Positions 23,950-37,550 of a stretch of 64,000 nucleotides of DNA are shown one piece after another. How positions within the stretch are numbered: the stretch's first letter is position 1; every line of letters begins with the position of its first letter. The stretch is from positions 229,561 through 293,560 of the forward strand of contig NIVC01000500.1 of the NCBI GenBank assembly GCA_002269645.1. The letters run 5' to 3'. Source of the stretch: Macrostomum lignano (lineage: Eukaryota). Both the position numbers and the translations under genes were made by a program. The notes under the pieces are model-generated. The model did not search any database. It saw only the letters and a program-made list of their open reading frames with translations, and was not told the DNA's origin.

Positions 23950-24748
23950 TGGGATTATTGGGGATCGTTGTTGTCCACCTGGGATTATTGGGGATCATTG
24001 TTGTCTACCTGGAATTATTTTAGTCTAACTGGGATTATTAGAGATCATAGTTGTCTACCTGGGATTATTGGGGATCATTGTTGTCTACCTGGGATTATTG
24101 GGGATCATTGTCGCCTACCTGGGATTATTGGGGATCATTGTTGTCTACCTGGAATTATTTTAGTCTAACTGGGATTATTAGAGATCATTGTTGTCTACTT
24201 GATAATATTAGAGATCATTGTTGTCTACCTGGGATTATTGGGGATCATTGTTGTCTACCTGGAATTATTTTAGTCTAACTGGGATTATTAGAGATCATTG
24301 TTGTCTACTTGATAATATTAGAGATCATTGTTGTCTACCTGGGATTATTGGGGATCATTGTTGTCTACCTGGGATTATTGGGGATCATTGTTGTCTACCT
24401 GGGATTATTGGGGATCATTGTCGCCTACCTGGGATAATTGGGAATAATTATTGTCCACCTGGGATTATTGGGGATCATTGTAGTCTACCTGGGATTATTA
24501 TGGGTCATTGTTGTTCACCTGGGATTATTGGGGATCATTTTGTCCACCCGGGATTATTGGGGATCATTTTTGTCCACCCGGGATTATTGGGGATCATTGT
24601 TGTCCACCTGGGATTATTGGGGATCATTGTTGTCCACCCGGGATTATTGGGGATCATTGTTGTCAACCTGGGATTATTTGGGATCATTGTTGTCCAACTG
24701 GGATTATTGGGGATCATTGTTGTCCACCTGGGATTATTTGGGATCATT
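23950..24748. repeat. 30-bp minisatellite (GGGATTATTGGGGATCATTGTTGTCCACCT)
   Basis: Tandem units; RCC2 intron 1. Confidence 0.95.
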
Positions 24749-25325
24749 TCAAATGTTTTAGAATAATGTGTTGCGGGGGTGTGCCCCTCTGACGATGATT
24801 ATGATCGTTGATGTTTCTGTTGAATCAAATAAGTCGGAGGTTCGATTTGTTTCTCTCGATCTCTAACCTTCAACAAGATGTTTATTACTAATCAATGTTA
24901 GTAGCAATTCCTAATAGGATATTGATCACGCAATTACGCAAATTTGTTAAGCAATTCAGTGAAAATGGAGCCACAGGCTACTTATCGATATTGTTGCACG
25001 AATTGACGTTTGTCCGGATTTATCTCTGTTAAATCGGGATATTAGAGTTCAGGCCCGATTGTTGGGGCAAGCTAGCGGAGCAGTTGAGGAGGCAAAGAGG
25101 CGGAGAGCCGAGAACCGGGAAAAACTGGAGAGAGGCTTCATTCTCACTGAACGCTAGTATATATATGATTTCTATAACGCATTTCATTGGTGTTCGCTTC
25201 ACGCAATAGGATCTTTACTGGTGCACAAGCATGTGCTGTACTTTCCTGATAGAAAAACCTTCTGAAGTTCGCATTCGACTAAAAAATAACATTGGGCATA
25301 ACATGCTTAAATTAAGATCACTTCA

Positions 25326-25845
25326 CATTGTTGTCCACCTGGGATTATTGGGGATCATTGTTGTCCAACTGGGATTATTTGGGATCATTGGTGTCCACCT
25401 GGGATTATTGGGGATCATTGTTGTCCAACTGGGATTATTTGGGATCATTGTTGTCCAACTGGGATTATTGGGGATCATTGTTGTCCAACTGGGATTATTG
25501 GGGATCATTGTTGTCCACCCGGGATTATTGGGGATCATTGTTGTTCACCTGGGATTATTGGGGATCATTGTTGTCCACCTACGATTATTGTGGATCATTG
25601 TTGTCCACCCGGGATTATTGGGGATCATTGTTGTCCACCCGGGATTATTGGGGATCATTGTTGTTCACCTGGGATTATTGGGGATCATTGTTGTCCACCT
25701 ACGATTATTGTGGATCATTGTTGTCCACCCGGGATTATTGGGGATCATTGTTGTCCACCTGGGATTATTGGGGATCATTGTTGTCCAACTGGGATTATTG
25801 GGGATCATTGTTGTCCACCTGGGATTATTGGGGATCATTGTTGTC
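25326..25845. repeat. Same 30-bp minisatellite, second block
   Basis: Tandem units. Confidence 0.95.
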
Positions 25846-25932
25846 TATACATGGGTTCCTTTTGAGTCTTTTTAGTTTACCTGAACTCTTAGGGAATCAT
25901 ATAATACCCCACCTGTACTCACCCAACTCCAG

Positions 25933-26340
25933 GGCACAAAGCTGGTCCACAAGATGGAATCCCGCCTAGCGCCTATCGTGTCATTTGTGCGTGAAGAGGA
26001 AGGCCGCGGCGGCCGGCCCGGTGCCAAATCCGTGATCGAAGGCGTCCGCGTGATAGCGGCGAGCTGCGGTCCGAGCCACTGCGCGTGCCTGGATTCCGAG
26101 GGTCGCCTATGGACTTGGGGATTCGGTGGCTACGGCCGTCTTGGCCATAATTCTACGCGCAATGAGCTGCGGCCAAGGCTAGTGAATTATTTCAGCAACA
26201 CTAGGCAGCGCGTGGATCGGGTGAGCTGCGGCGGCGCCTACACTATCGCCACTACGGCGCCGGCAAATCCCTCTGCGCCGCCAGTCACCTATCTGTGGGG
26301 ACAGCAGAAAAGCTCCGGCGAGGCTAATATGTATCCGAAG
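25933..26340 (+). CDS. RCC2: RCC2 exon 2
   Basis: Acceptor actccag|GGC; WGFGGYGRLGH ... ANMYPK; donor AAG|GTGAGA. Confidence 0.92.
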
Positions 26341-26591
26341 GTGAGACTGCATGTTCAACTGTTCTTTTCGATACATATCGGCAGTGAAGCTAGATTTTGT
26401 GGAGGGTGAGATCACAGACAGCGGAGGGTGGGATCACAGACAGGAGAGATGGGATCACAGACAGGAGAGATGGGATCACAGACATTTAAGGATGGATCAT
26501 ATTTGGTAATATAAAGCCTATAGTTTTGCTCTTTATACTGATATTTAAATATATATTTCTATACATATCGTCTCTCCCCCCACAATCCTAG

Positions 26592-26891
26592 GCTCTCATG
26601 GACCTGAGCGGCTGGTCGATTCGCCGACTGTCGGCCGGCAATCGCAGCTGCGCTGTACTGGCCGACACCAGCTGCATCACGTGGGGCCCGTCGCCTACAT
26701 TTGGCGAGCTGGGCCACGGCGACATGGTGAAGTCATCAGCCAGGCCAATGGTCTGCAAAGCACTCGAACGAGTTCGCGTTGCCGAAGTTGCTATGGGCTA
26801 CGCGCAGTGCGTATTTCTGGTCCCGTTAAAATCCGACGGCAGCGATGCCGAAGAGAAACTGGGCAAATATCCGGTTTGTCGGGACAAGTGA
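26592..26891 (+). CDS. RCC2: RCC2 exon 3 (terminal)
   Basis: Acceptor atcctag|GCT; DLSGWSIR, ITWGPSPTFGELG, VAMGY are RCC2-specific; TGA at 26889-26891. Confidence 0.92.
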   Translation, partial: ALMDLSGWSIRRLSAGNRSCAVLADTSCITWGPSPTFGELGHGDMVKSSARPMVCKALERVRVAEVAMGYAQCVFLVPLKSDGSDAEEKLGKYPVCRDK

Positions 26892-27569
26892 ATTCTAATT
26901 TGTTTTTTTCGAAGAAGACAAAGTCTGTCCTAAAGTTTTTTGTCAAAATTTTTGTATCATACTACTTACCTACTGAATTTGCTGTATACCGCAATTTTTT
27001 CATATTTTCTAGCTGCGGTTTTAATAAAAGCTATTCATAATTTTGAAGACGCCGATATGTATCGAAAAACAAATCTGTCAACATGGCAGTAGTATGTAGG
27101 GCTTTTTAAATACATTTTTTCCAAGTAAAGCGTAAGCTTATTTTTGTATGAAAGTTTTTTGCAACTCCTTTTTTGCCGAACTGTTTACCGGTTGTTCGTT
27201 TTCTTTGTTATTTACCGATTATAACGAGTAAAAATTTATTATTAAATATAATAATGTGCGCTTCTAACGGCATTTATACTTTTCTTTGTAATCACAAACG
27301 CGAATCTTCGTTTTATTGGTTTTTTTTCGCAATTTCTAAGATAAAGCATATTTGTTGTAATTTGCAATAATATCTGCTGTTATTTCTCCTCTCATTTTTT
27401 TTGGTACTTTGGCGCTTTTCTTATAATCCCCTTTAGTGTATTCCCTGTGCACTGAATCGGGTGTTTTCTGCTATTTATAATTCCCTTGTATTTTTAATGC
27501 ATGGTGTATCAAATATATCACTGCGATTACTGCCGATTCTTAACGTAGGCCTGTCCTACATTAGTTAGA

Positions 27570-28722
27570 GTCATTGCCCTCCCTTAATCAGGAGGTCATT
27601 GCCCTCCCTTAATCAGGAGGTCATTGCCCTCCCTTAATCAGGAGGTCATTGCCCTCCCTTAATCAGGAGGTCATTGCCCTCCCTTAATCAGGAGGTCATT
27701 GTACTTCCTTAATCAGGAGGTCATTGTACTTCCTTAATCAGGGGGTCATTGCCCTCTCTTAATCAGGGGGTCATTGTCCTCCCTTAATCAGGGGGTCATT
27801 GTCCTCCCTTAATCAGGGAGTCATTGTCCTCCCTTTATAAGGGAGTGATTGTCCTACCTTAATAAGGGGATCATTGTCCTTAATCAATGAGTCGTTGTGC
27901 TCCCTTAATCAGGGGGTCATTGTCCTCCCTCAATAAGGGATCGTTGTCCTTCCTTAATCAATGGGTCGTTGTGCTCCCTTAATCAGGGGGTCATTGTCCT
28001 CCCTCAATAAGGGATCGTTGTCCTTCCTTAATCAATGGGTCGTTGTCCTCCCTTAATCAGGGGGCCATTGTCCTCCCTTAATCAGGGGGTCATTGTCCTC
28101 CCTTAATCAGGGGGTCATTGTCCTCCCTCAATAAGGGATCGTTGTCCTTCCTTAATCAATGGGTCGTTGTGCTCCCTTAATCAGGGGGTCATTGTCCTCC
28201 CTCAATAAGGGATCGTTGTCCTTCCTTAATCAATGGGTCGTTGTCCTCCCTTAATCAGGGGGCCATTGTCCTCCCTTAATCAGGGGGCCATTGTCCTCCC
28301 TTAATCAGGGGGTCATTGTCCTCCCTTAATCAGGGGGTCATTGTCCTCCCTTAATCAGGGAGTCATTGTCCTCCCTTTATAAGGGGATCATTGTCCTTAA
28401 TCAATGAGTCGTTGTGCTCCCTTAATCAGGGGGTCATTGTCCTCCCTCAATAAGGGATCGTTGTCCTTCCTTAATCAATGGGTCATTGTCCTCCCTTAAT
28501 CAGGGGGTCATTGTCCTCCCTTAATCAGGGAGTCATTGTCCTCCCTTTATAAGGGGATCATTGTCCTTAATCAATGAGTCGTTGTGCTCCCTTAATCAGG
28601 GGGTCATTGTCCTCCCTCAATAAGGGATCATTGTCCTTCCTTAATCAATGGGTCGTTGTCCTCCCTTTATAAGGGAGTATATATCCTTATCCTATATCCT
28701 TAATCAGGGGATCATTGTCCCT
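27570..28722. repeat. 25-bp minisatellite (GTCATTGCCCTCCCTTAATCAGGAG and variants)
   Basis: Tandem units. Confidence 0.95.
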
Positions 28723-29366
28723 TTTAGGGTCACTCCAAAGTCTGGCCTATTTTTTCTTTCTAGTTCGACGCAGTCTGCCAGTTTTCTAGCAAAAAAAATA
28801 TTACATGACACCATATCTTTCGTGATCATGTTTACAATAGCGGTAAAAAAATTCTAGTTAGCTACTATTATCAAGCTGTAGCACTGTATTAATATAAATT
28901 TAATTTTTGCAATCAAGTTTTCTGTATTTATTTGCTGTATAATATCATGCGCCCAGAAGCACTTCTATTTTTTGGAGTTAATAGTCTCTAAATCATTGGA
29001 TGTATATTAATTAGCAAACATTTCCTAATATTTCTACTTATGTAGTAGCTGATTGGGGCTATTAGCTCGTAATTATTCCAAACTTTTCCATCCCTATATA
29101 TTATTGCTGTCTACAGTAGTACTTATTATCATTCTGCTATTATTCTTGCGTATACTAAAGTACTTTTTATTTATTGCTTACTCGCGTTTAATAAAAGTTG
29201 AAACTAATCGGAAATTTGTGCACTTTTTGGTATGCTCGTCTAAAAATAATAATATAATATGCAAGTATTGCAACTATTTGCTTCTGCGCAACACTTATTA
29301 TTAACTGATGTACTGCATTAATGCGTTGGTGTTTCCTTGCATTTTTATTCACAATCAATTATCACG

Positions 29367-30121
29367 GACAGTGGAGGGTGGGATCACACAGTGCAGGGTG
29401 GGTTCACACAGACAGTGCAGGGTGGGTTCACACAGACAGTACAGGGTGGGATCACACTGGCAGTACAGGGTGGGATCACACAGACAGTGCAGGGTGCGAT
29501 CACACTGGCAGTACAGGGTGGGATCACACTGGCAGTACAGGGTGGGATCACACAGACAGTGCAGGGTGGGATCACACTGGCAGTACAGGGTGGGATCACA
29601 CTGGCAGTACAGGGTGGGTTCACACAGACAGTGCAGGGTGGGATCACACTGGCAGTACAGGGTGGGATCACACTGGCAGTACAGGGAGGGATCACACTGG
29701 CAGTACAGGGTGGGATCACACAGACAGTGCAGGGTGGGATCACACTGGCAGTACAGGGTGGGATCACACTGGCAGTACAGGGTGGGTTCACACAGACAGT
29801 GCAGGGTGGGATCACACTGGCAGTACAGGGTGGGATCACACTGGCAGTACAGGGAGGGATCACACTGGCAGTACAGGGTGGGATCACACAGACAGTGCAG
29901 GGTGGGATCACACTGGCAGTACAGGGTGGGATCACACTGGCAGTACAGGGTGGGATCACACTGGCAGTACAGGGTGGGATCACACTGGCAGTGCAGGGTG
30001 GGATCACACTGGCAGTACAGGGTAGAATCACATGGACAGTACAGGGCGGAATCACACTGGTAGTACAGGGTGGAATCACACATAAAGGAGGTCGGGGTCA
30101 CTCACACAGGAAAGTGTGATC
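29367..30121. repeat. 24-bp minisatellite (GGGTGGGATCACACTGGCAGTACA)
   Basis: Tandem units. Confidence 0.95.
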
Positions 30122-30439
30122 CCACAAATAATAGTTGCATCAGCAGGCACCCAAATACCCTTTCTATATTCCTCCCTTATTGGCCGTCTGCTAGTTTCTC
30201 TGTGCGAACAGCCAAAAATATCCCCTAAAGCAGTTCTCTGCGCTGGTTCAACATTGGTCGCAGGTGCGCCATTTTCTTGCGATGGAATTTCAAAAAAGCA
30301 GTTCTTTTGCTTTTTCTGTTGTGTCCTGCAGCTGTCGATGCGCTAGTAGGGCGGCTTGGGTTTGGTCCAGCAGCTTTCTCCATCAAGTTGCTAACTGCCC
30401 CGACTCCGGGAGCCCAGGATGACTTTTTTGGATTTGCCT

Positions 30440-32230
30440 GTTTTTCCCATCCTTTCTGTGTGTCTTTCCCACCCTTTCTGTGTGTCTTTCCCATCCCTTC
30501 TGTGTGTCTTTCCCATCCCTTCTGTGTGTCTTTCCCATCCCTTCTGTGTGTCTTTCCCATCCTTTCTGTGTGTCTTTCCCACCCTTTCTGTGTGTCTTTC
30601 CCATCCTTTCTGTGTGTCTTTCCCATCCTTTCTGTGTGTCTTTCCCATCCTTTCTGTGTGTCTTTCCCACCCTTTCTGTGTGTCTTTCCCACCCTTTCTG
30701 TGTGTCTTTCCCATCCTTTCTGTGTGTCTTTCCCACCCTTTCTGTGTGTCTTTCCCATCCTTTCTGTGTGTCTTTCCCATCCTTTCTGTGTGTCTTTCCC
30801 ACCCTTTCTGTGTGTCTTTCCCATCCTTTCTGTGTGTCTTTCCCACCCTTTCTGTGTGTCTTTCCCACCCTTTCTGTTTGTCTTTCCCATCCTTTCTGTG
30901 TGTCTTTCCCACCCTTTCTGTGTGTCTTTCCCACCCTTTCTGTGTGTCTTTCCCATCCTTTCTGTGTGTCTTTCCCACCCTTTCTGTGTGTCTTTCCCAT
31001 CCTTTCTGTGTGTCTTTCCCATCCTTTCTGTGTGTCTTTCCCACCCTTTCTGTGTGTCTTTCCCATCCTTTCTGTGTGTCTTTCCCACCCTTTCTGTGTG
31101 TCTTTCCCATCCTTTCTGTGTGTCTTTCCCATCCTTTCTGTGTGTCTTTCCCATCCTTTCTGTGTGTCTTTCCCACCCTTTCTGTGTGTCTTTCCCACCC
31201 TTTCTGTGTGTCTTTCCCATCCTTTCTGTGTGTCTTTCCCATCCTTTCTGTGTGTCTTTCCCATCCTTTCTGTGTGTCTTTCCCACCCTTTCTGTGTGTC
31301 TTTCCCACCCTTTCTGTGTGTCTTTCCCATCCTTTCTGTGTGTCTTTCCCACCCTTTCTGTGTGTCTTTCCCATCCTTTCTGTGTGTCTTTCCCATCCTT
31401 TCTGTGTGTCTTTCCCACCCTTTCTGTGTGTCTTTCCCATCATTTCTGTGTGTCTTTCCCACCCTTTCTGTGTGTCTTTCCCACCCTTTCTGTTTGTCTT
31501 TCCCATCCTTTCTGTGTGTCTTTCCCACCCTTTCTGTGTGTCTTTCCCACCCTTTCTGTGTGTCTTTCCCATCCTTTCTGTGTGTCTTTCCCACCCTTTC
31601 TGTGTGTCTTTCCCATCCTTTCTGTGTGTCTTTCCCATCCTTTCTGTGTGTCTTTCCCACCCTTTCTGTGTGTCTTTCCCATCCTTTCTGTGTGTCTTTC
31701 CCATCCTTTCTGTGTGTCTTTCCCACCCTTTCTGTGTGTCTTTCCCACCCTTTCTGTTTGTCTTTCCCATCCTTTCTGTGTGTCTTTCCCACCCTTTCTG
31801 TGTGTCTTTCCCACCCTTTCTGTTTGTCTTTCCCATCCTTTCTGTGTGTCTTTCCCACCCTTTCTGTGTGTCTTTCCCATCCTTTCTGTGTGTCTTTCCC
31901 ACCCTTTCTGTGTGTCTTTCCCACCCTTTCTGTGTGTCTTTCCCATCCTTTCTGTGTGTCTTTCCCACCCTTTCTGTGTGTCTTTCCCATCATTTCTGTG
32001 TGTCTTTCCCATCCTTTCTGTGTGTCTTTCCCACCCTTTCTGTGTGTCTTTCCCACCCTTTCTGTTTGTCTTTCCCATCCTTTCTGTGTGTCTTTCCCAT
32101 CCTTTCTGTGTGTCTTTCCCACCCTTTCTGTGTGTCTTTCCCACCCTTTCTGTTTGTCTTTCCCACCCTTTCTGTGTGCCTTTCCCATCCTTTCTGTGTC
32201 TTTCCCACCCTTTCTGTGTGCCTTTCCCAC
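30440..32230. repeat. 22-bp minisatellite (TCTTTCCCA[C/T]CCTTTCTGTGTG)
   Basis: About 80 units; stop-free, so long ORFs appear on both strands. Confidence 0.97.
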
Positions 32231-32865
32231 CCCTATTCATTGGCATTCGCAGCCGAAGGCACTACAAATAATAAAAAGCTTGTGATGGTTGCAATAATTA
32301 TAGTTATAAGCATAGCTCAGGTAAAAAAATGATCACTATTATTGGCACAGCGAGACCGGAACTTCTATTACCTTTCATCTACATATATGTGGATGAAGGA
32401 ACCGGATGCAGGGCTAGAAAAGATCCGCCCTGATCCAAAGATTGCAGAGGGTGGGTGGTGGTTTGCGCCTCACCCCTCAAGCAGTCGCGGGGCAAGAGAA
32501 ATGATTGAGCAGGCTGGCGCGTTGACTCTGCACTACCTCAGATGATGTGCCCAGAGCTGCTCTGGCAATGAGATACGGACCTATTGGGGTGCATGGGCGG
32601 ATAGGGTGTGCGGTGTTAGACCGAATTATTGAGACTGACCTGGATGCTAACAGAGCTATATGGGCCCTTCACCTGTCTGTCTGACTGTCATATGCGCGCC
32701 TTATGCAAGGGAATAGTGTCATAGCTAAAATCCTCTCGGCGCACTGGATGGTCACGTTCTCTGCTGCACTTGAGAAAGCGTGAATTTGGAATTCGAATAT
32801 TAAAACGAATATGTCACGCGTAGGATGTAGTTTAGCGCCTATATAGCCTTGCTGCATCCACTGGT

Positions 32866-32931
<66 letters not shown>

Positions 32932-32952
32932 AAGATAGATAGATAGATAGAT

Positions 32953-33008
<56 letters not shown>

Positions 33009-33069
33009 GGATAGATAGATAAGATAGATAGATGGATAGATAGATAGATAGATAGATGGATAGATAGAT

Positions 33070-33120
<51 letters not shown>

Positions 33121-33121
33121 G

Positions 33122-33195
<74 letters not shown>
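32866..33195. repeat. (GATA)n microsatellite
   Basis: Direct; a short second block lies near 33325-33362. Confidence 0.97.
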
Positions 33196-33327
33196 TGCAA
33201 AAGGCAGTTTCAAACTGCAAACCACACACACGGAAATATTGAAGAACGTTAGTTGTCGAATATTCAGAAACCAATATTTCGGCCCTTTCGACCAATCTAT
33301 CTATTTCGACCAATATTCTATATATCT

Positions 33328-33360
<33 letters not shown>

Positions 33361-33964
33361 AGAGCCGCATCCACCTCCATGCCTTTTGCCGGAAGCCCCA
33401 CAAGTAGTAAGTCTCAAAATTTCTCGCTCTTGTGAAGGATTACCAATGCTGATGATGGGGGAATTTATGGGACAAGAATCAAGCAAAAAATCCTCTCCAT
33501 CTCACAGGGCTCCACTCTAATCCTTTGGACAAAAAAGATCCACTGTCTCGGGCTTGTGCACCCTCCCCCAAGCGCTTTCTCGGGTTGGCTCGATCTCATG
33601 CAGTCTGGCTTCAGTGATCAATATCGAATTGACAGATTAGCATCGTATTAGTAGCAATCGTAGATTTTCGAGTGTAGCTGTGTATGAGTAATTATGTTAT
33701 TCTCTGTTGTATTCATGCGCGTTGTGCCTGCGGGTTTGTGTTGTTAAAACAATCGCAGGGAGTCGGGTGGCTTGCCGGACAGCAGCTCGTGACATTCTCC
33801 TGCTGTGTAATTGGGCAAAGGGTTCACTTGGAATACTGTGATGCGTGTGCTGCATACAATCAGATTTTGTAAGCTTTTGTAGGACAGGCTGAGGCCTGCA
33901 CTGAGATTCTCGGCTGCGGTGGCTGTGTCAGATGCCTGGGGATTCAGCATCTCATTGGATCTAC

Positions 33965-34985
33965 TTTTTTGTCTCTCTTCCTTCTCCTCTCTCATCTCTC
34001 TCCTCTCCTCTCCTCTCCTCTCCTCTCCTCTCCTCCCCTCTCCTCCCCTCTCCTCCCTCTCCTCTCCTCTCCTCTCCTCTCCTCCCCTCTCCTCCCTCTC
34101 CTCCCTCTCCTCTCCTCTCCTCTCCTCTCCTCTCCTCTCCTCTCCTCCCCTCTCCTCCCCTCTCCTCTCCTCTCCTCTCCTCCTCTCACCTCCCCACTTT
34201 TCTTCTCCTCTCCTCTCCTCTCCTCTCCTCCCCTCTCCTCCCCTCTCCTCTCCTCTCCTCCTCTCACCTCCCCACTTTTCCTCTCCTCTCCTCTCCTCTC
34301 CTCTCCTCTCCTCCCCTCCCCTCTCCTCTCCTCTCCTCTCCTCTCCTCTCCTCTCCTCTCCTCCCTCCCCTCTCCTCTCCTCTCCTCCCCTCCCTCTCCT
34401 CTCCTCTCCTCTCCTCTCCTCTCCTCCCCCCCTCTCCTCTCCTCCCCTCCCTCTCTCCTCTCCTCTCCTCTCTCTCTCCTCTCCTCTCCTCCCTCCCTCT
34501 CCTCTCCTCTCCTCCCCTCCCCTCTCCTCTCCTCTCCTCCCCTCCCCTCTCCTCTCCTCTCCTCTCCTCTCCTCTCCTCCCCTCCCCTCTCCTCTCCTCT
34601 CCTCCCCTCCCTCTCCTCTCCTCTCCTCTCCTCTCCTCTCCTCCCTCCCCTCTCCTCTCCTCTCCTCTCCTCCCCTCCCCTCTCCTCTCCTCTCCTCTCC
34701 TCTCCTCTCCTCTCCTCTCCTCCCCTCCCCTCCTCTCCTTTCCTCTCCTCTCCTCTCCTCTCCTCTCCTCTCCTCTCCTCTTCTCTCCTCTCCTCTTCTC
34801 TCCTCTCCTCCCCTCCCCTCTCCTCTCCTTTCCTCTCCTCTCCTCTCCTCTCCTCTCCTCTCCTCTCCTCCCCTCCCCTCTCCTCTCCTCTCCTCTCCTC
34901 TCCTCCCCTCCCCTCTCCTCTCCTTTCCTCTCCTCTCCTCTCCTCTCCTCTTCTCTCCTCTCCTCCCCTCTCCTCTCCTCTCCTC
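33965..34985. repeat. (CTCTC)n-type polypyrimidine tract
   Basis: Direct. Confidence 0.97.
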
Positions 34986-35654
34986 TTTACCTAAAATACC
35001 AGTAGTCAGTTTGGACAGCCGGGCTGCAGCACTTTACAGAAATAGGAGGTGAAGTTGGGCACAGAGGAAAGAAGGCTTATCAGTTTTGTTGGTTGTTAAG
35101 AAAGAAAATGTCTCAATATACAATTTGGAAAATGAGTAGTCTCGCCTAAAAAGTAATAAAGGCTAAAGTTATTGAATCTCAGAAACCAAGGTGAACAAAT
35201 CTACCAATCTATATAAGGCAGCAGTCCAGAGTACAGTAGAGCTAAATCAAAACCTTAATAGTTAATCCACTAAGATCCCAATTAAGTGAACCAGTAGGCC
35301 AGACCCCAGGAAGGGATGATCCCTCGGAATTTATCCTTAGATTATGCTGCTTGAACATCTTACTGTCTGGCACCCCTGGCTACCTCTGTTCTCTCCTGGC
35401 TGACTGTAAGACCTCTGCTAACTAATTTAGCCATGTACCAGATTTGCTAGCATGCAGTCAACGACAGTACTATTTTTGGATCAGACTGATTGATTTATTA
35501 CCCATTGCGTACGTATATTACACAGATATGAATATATACGTACGCTTAATAAGTATTAGGATATTAGGGTGGACATGCAGAAGAACACTTGGTTTTGTGT
35601 TGTCATGCATTGGGGGAGTCTCAGAGATTTGAAGTCTAGAGCTGAGTTGAGAAG

Positions 35655-36170
35655 TAACAGAGGAGAGAAGAGGAGAGGAGGGGAGAGAAGAGAGGAGTAG
35701 AAGAGAAGAGAGGAGAGGAGGGGAGGGAGGAGAGGAGGGGAGGGGAGGAGAGGAGAGGAGGGGAGAGGAGAGGGGAGAGGAGAGAAGAGGAGAGGAGGGA
35801 GAGGAGAGGGGAGGAGAAGAGAGGAGAGGAGAGGAGAGAGAGGAGAGGAGAGGAGAGGAGAGAGGGAGAGGAGAGGATAGAAGAGGAGAGGAGAGGAGAG
35901 GAGGGGAGAGGAGAGGGAGAAGAAGAGAGGAGAGGAGAGGAGAGAGAGGAGAGGAGAGGAGAGGAGAGGAGACGAGAGGATAGAAGAGGAGAGGAGAGGA
36001 GAGGAGAGGAGAGGAGAGGAGAGAAGAGGAGAGGAGAGAGTAGAGAAGAAAAGAGAGAGTAGAGAAGAAAGGAGAGAGGAGAGGAGAGGAGAGGTGAGTA
36101 GAAGGGGGAGATGAAAGGGGAGAGTTGGGTGGAGAGAGGAGAAGGGAGATGGGAGAGTAGAGGAGACGGT
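35655..36170. repeat. (GAGAG)n-type polypurine tract
   Basis: Direct. Confidence 0.97.
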
Positions 36171-36769
36171 GATATGATGAGATGCCTGGAATGGAATGAA
36201 TAGGATGGGATAGCTTGAATGAGATGCCGGTTTTCATTTCCGTGAGAGTTGAGACACTGTGAGCTTTCCATCTTGCATGTCAGGCCAAATATAAAATTAA
36301 TTCATAACGCCAATACAAGTACTGCGTCCTGACACAACTATAACTTCTAGCGGTCTTTGGGCGGTTTCTAATCCAAAAATTCCCAAATCTCATTGGAACA
36401 GAGCAAGCGCATACAGGAGTAGAGGAGTGGGATTAAGAAGATAAGGAGAAGGATGCACTTGCTATCCCTACATATTCCCATACTTACTCTCTGCTCTGCT
36501 CCTTTCCCCCACTACGGAGGCTCGGGCTTTCTCCTCCCCTTCTTCTCTCCTCATCCCTTCCCCCTGGTCCCCCTCAGTCATTTGTTATCCAATCCCCAGA
36601 GTCCGAGGATCCTCCAGTCAATCAAGCGACCGGGCGCTGCATATTGCATATGCGTATTTATCTGTCTTAAGTCTCTCAGTCTAATGAGTGTCTGCAGTCT
36701 GTTGTCCCGTGTTGGTCCTTTATTTTGTTTAAACCATATATCAAACAAAGAGCCAAAGCACTTTTGAAT

Positions 36770-36839
36770 ATGACGTCTTCTGGCGCTGACACTCGCGGAG
36801 CTGCAGCCACTGAAGTCAACGAGGTGGACAATGACGCAG
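36770..36839 (+). CDS. Putative first exon (MTSSGADTRGAAATEVNEVDNDA) of the PKI-motif gene
   Basis: ATG and donor G|GTAAAA, phase 1, compatible with the 41857 exon. Linkage inferred from phase only. Confidence 0.4.
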
Positions 36840-36924
36840 GTAAAAGTTTGAGTATACTGATCTTCACATTGTTAGACTGGGATGTTATACTTTTCTAATA
36901 TTTATTATTCATCCCTATAAGTGT

Positions 36925-37550
36925 CTTTGGGTGTCCGAGAGGCGCCACATTGGATGTCCGAAAAACGCCATATAAGGTGTCCGAAGGGGCGCAGCATTGG
37001 GTGTCCGAGGGGCGCCACATTGGGTGTCCGAGGGGCGCCACATTGGGTGTCCGAGGGGCGCCACATTGGGTGTCCGAGGGGCGCCACATTGGGTGTCCGA
37101 GGGGCGCCACATTGGGTGTTTGAGGGGCGCCACATTGGGTGTCCGAGGGGCGCCACATTGGGTGTCCGAGGGGCGTCACATTGGGTGTCCGAGGGGCGCC
37201 ACATTGGGTGTCCGAGTGGCGCAGCATTGAGTGTCCGAGAAGCGCCACATTGGGTGTCCCAAGGGGCGCAGCATTTGGTTGTCCGAGGGGCGCAGCATTG
37301 GGTGTCCGAGTGGCGCAGCATTGAGTGTACGAGAAGCGCCACATTGGGTGTCCGAGGGCGCCACATTGGGTGTCCGAGGGGCGCCACATTGGGTGTTCGA
37401 GGGGCGCCACATTGGGTGTCCGAGGAGCGCCACATTGGGTGTCCCAAGGGGCGCAGCATTTGGGTGTCCGAGGGGCGCAGCATTGGGTGTCCGAGTGGCA
37501 CAGCATTGGGTGTCTGAAGGAGCGCTACATTGGGTGTCCGAGGGGCGCAC
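36925..37550. repeat. 23-bp GC-rich minisatellite (ACATTGGGTGTCCGAGGGGCGCC)
   Basis: Tandem units. Confidence 0.95.

Noticed and set aside
27570-28722. CRISPR-like appearance of regular arrays
   Set aside because: No unique spacers, no cas genes, eukaryotic context.
29308-30119. Cys/His-rich ORFs resembling metal-binding repeats
   Set aside because: Open in five frames because of the 24-bp unit; no splice or start context.
30130-30440. Signal-peptide-like and FG-GAP-like peptide (+), and a protein-like frame (-)
   Set aside because: TTG start, no usable donor before the array, and stops in the minus frame; could not be linked to other exons.
30225-32332. ORFs of 270-660 aa on both strands
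   Set aside because: Translations of a stop-free 22-bp repeat; the same periodic peptide appears in every frame.
33919-35052. Ser/Pro/Leu extensin-like ORFs (also 53048-55135, 37956-38735)
   Set aside because: Translations of CT/GA simple repeats.
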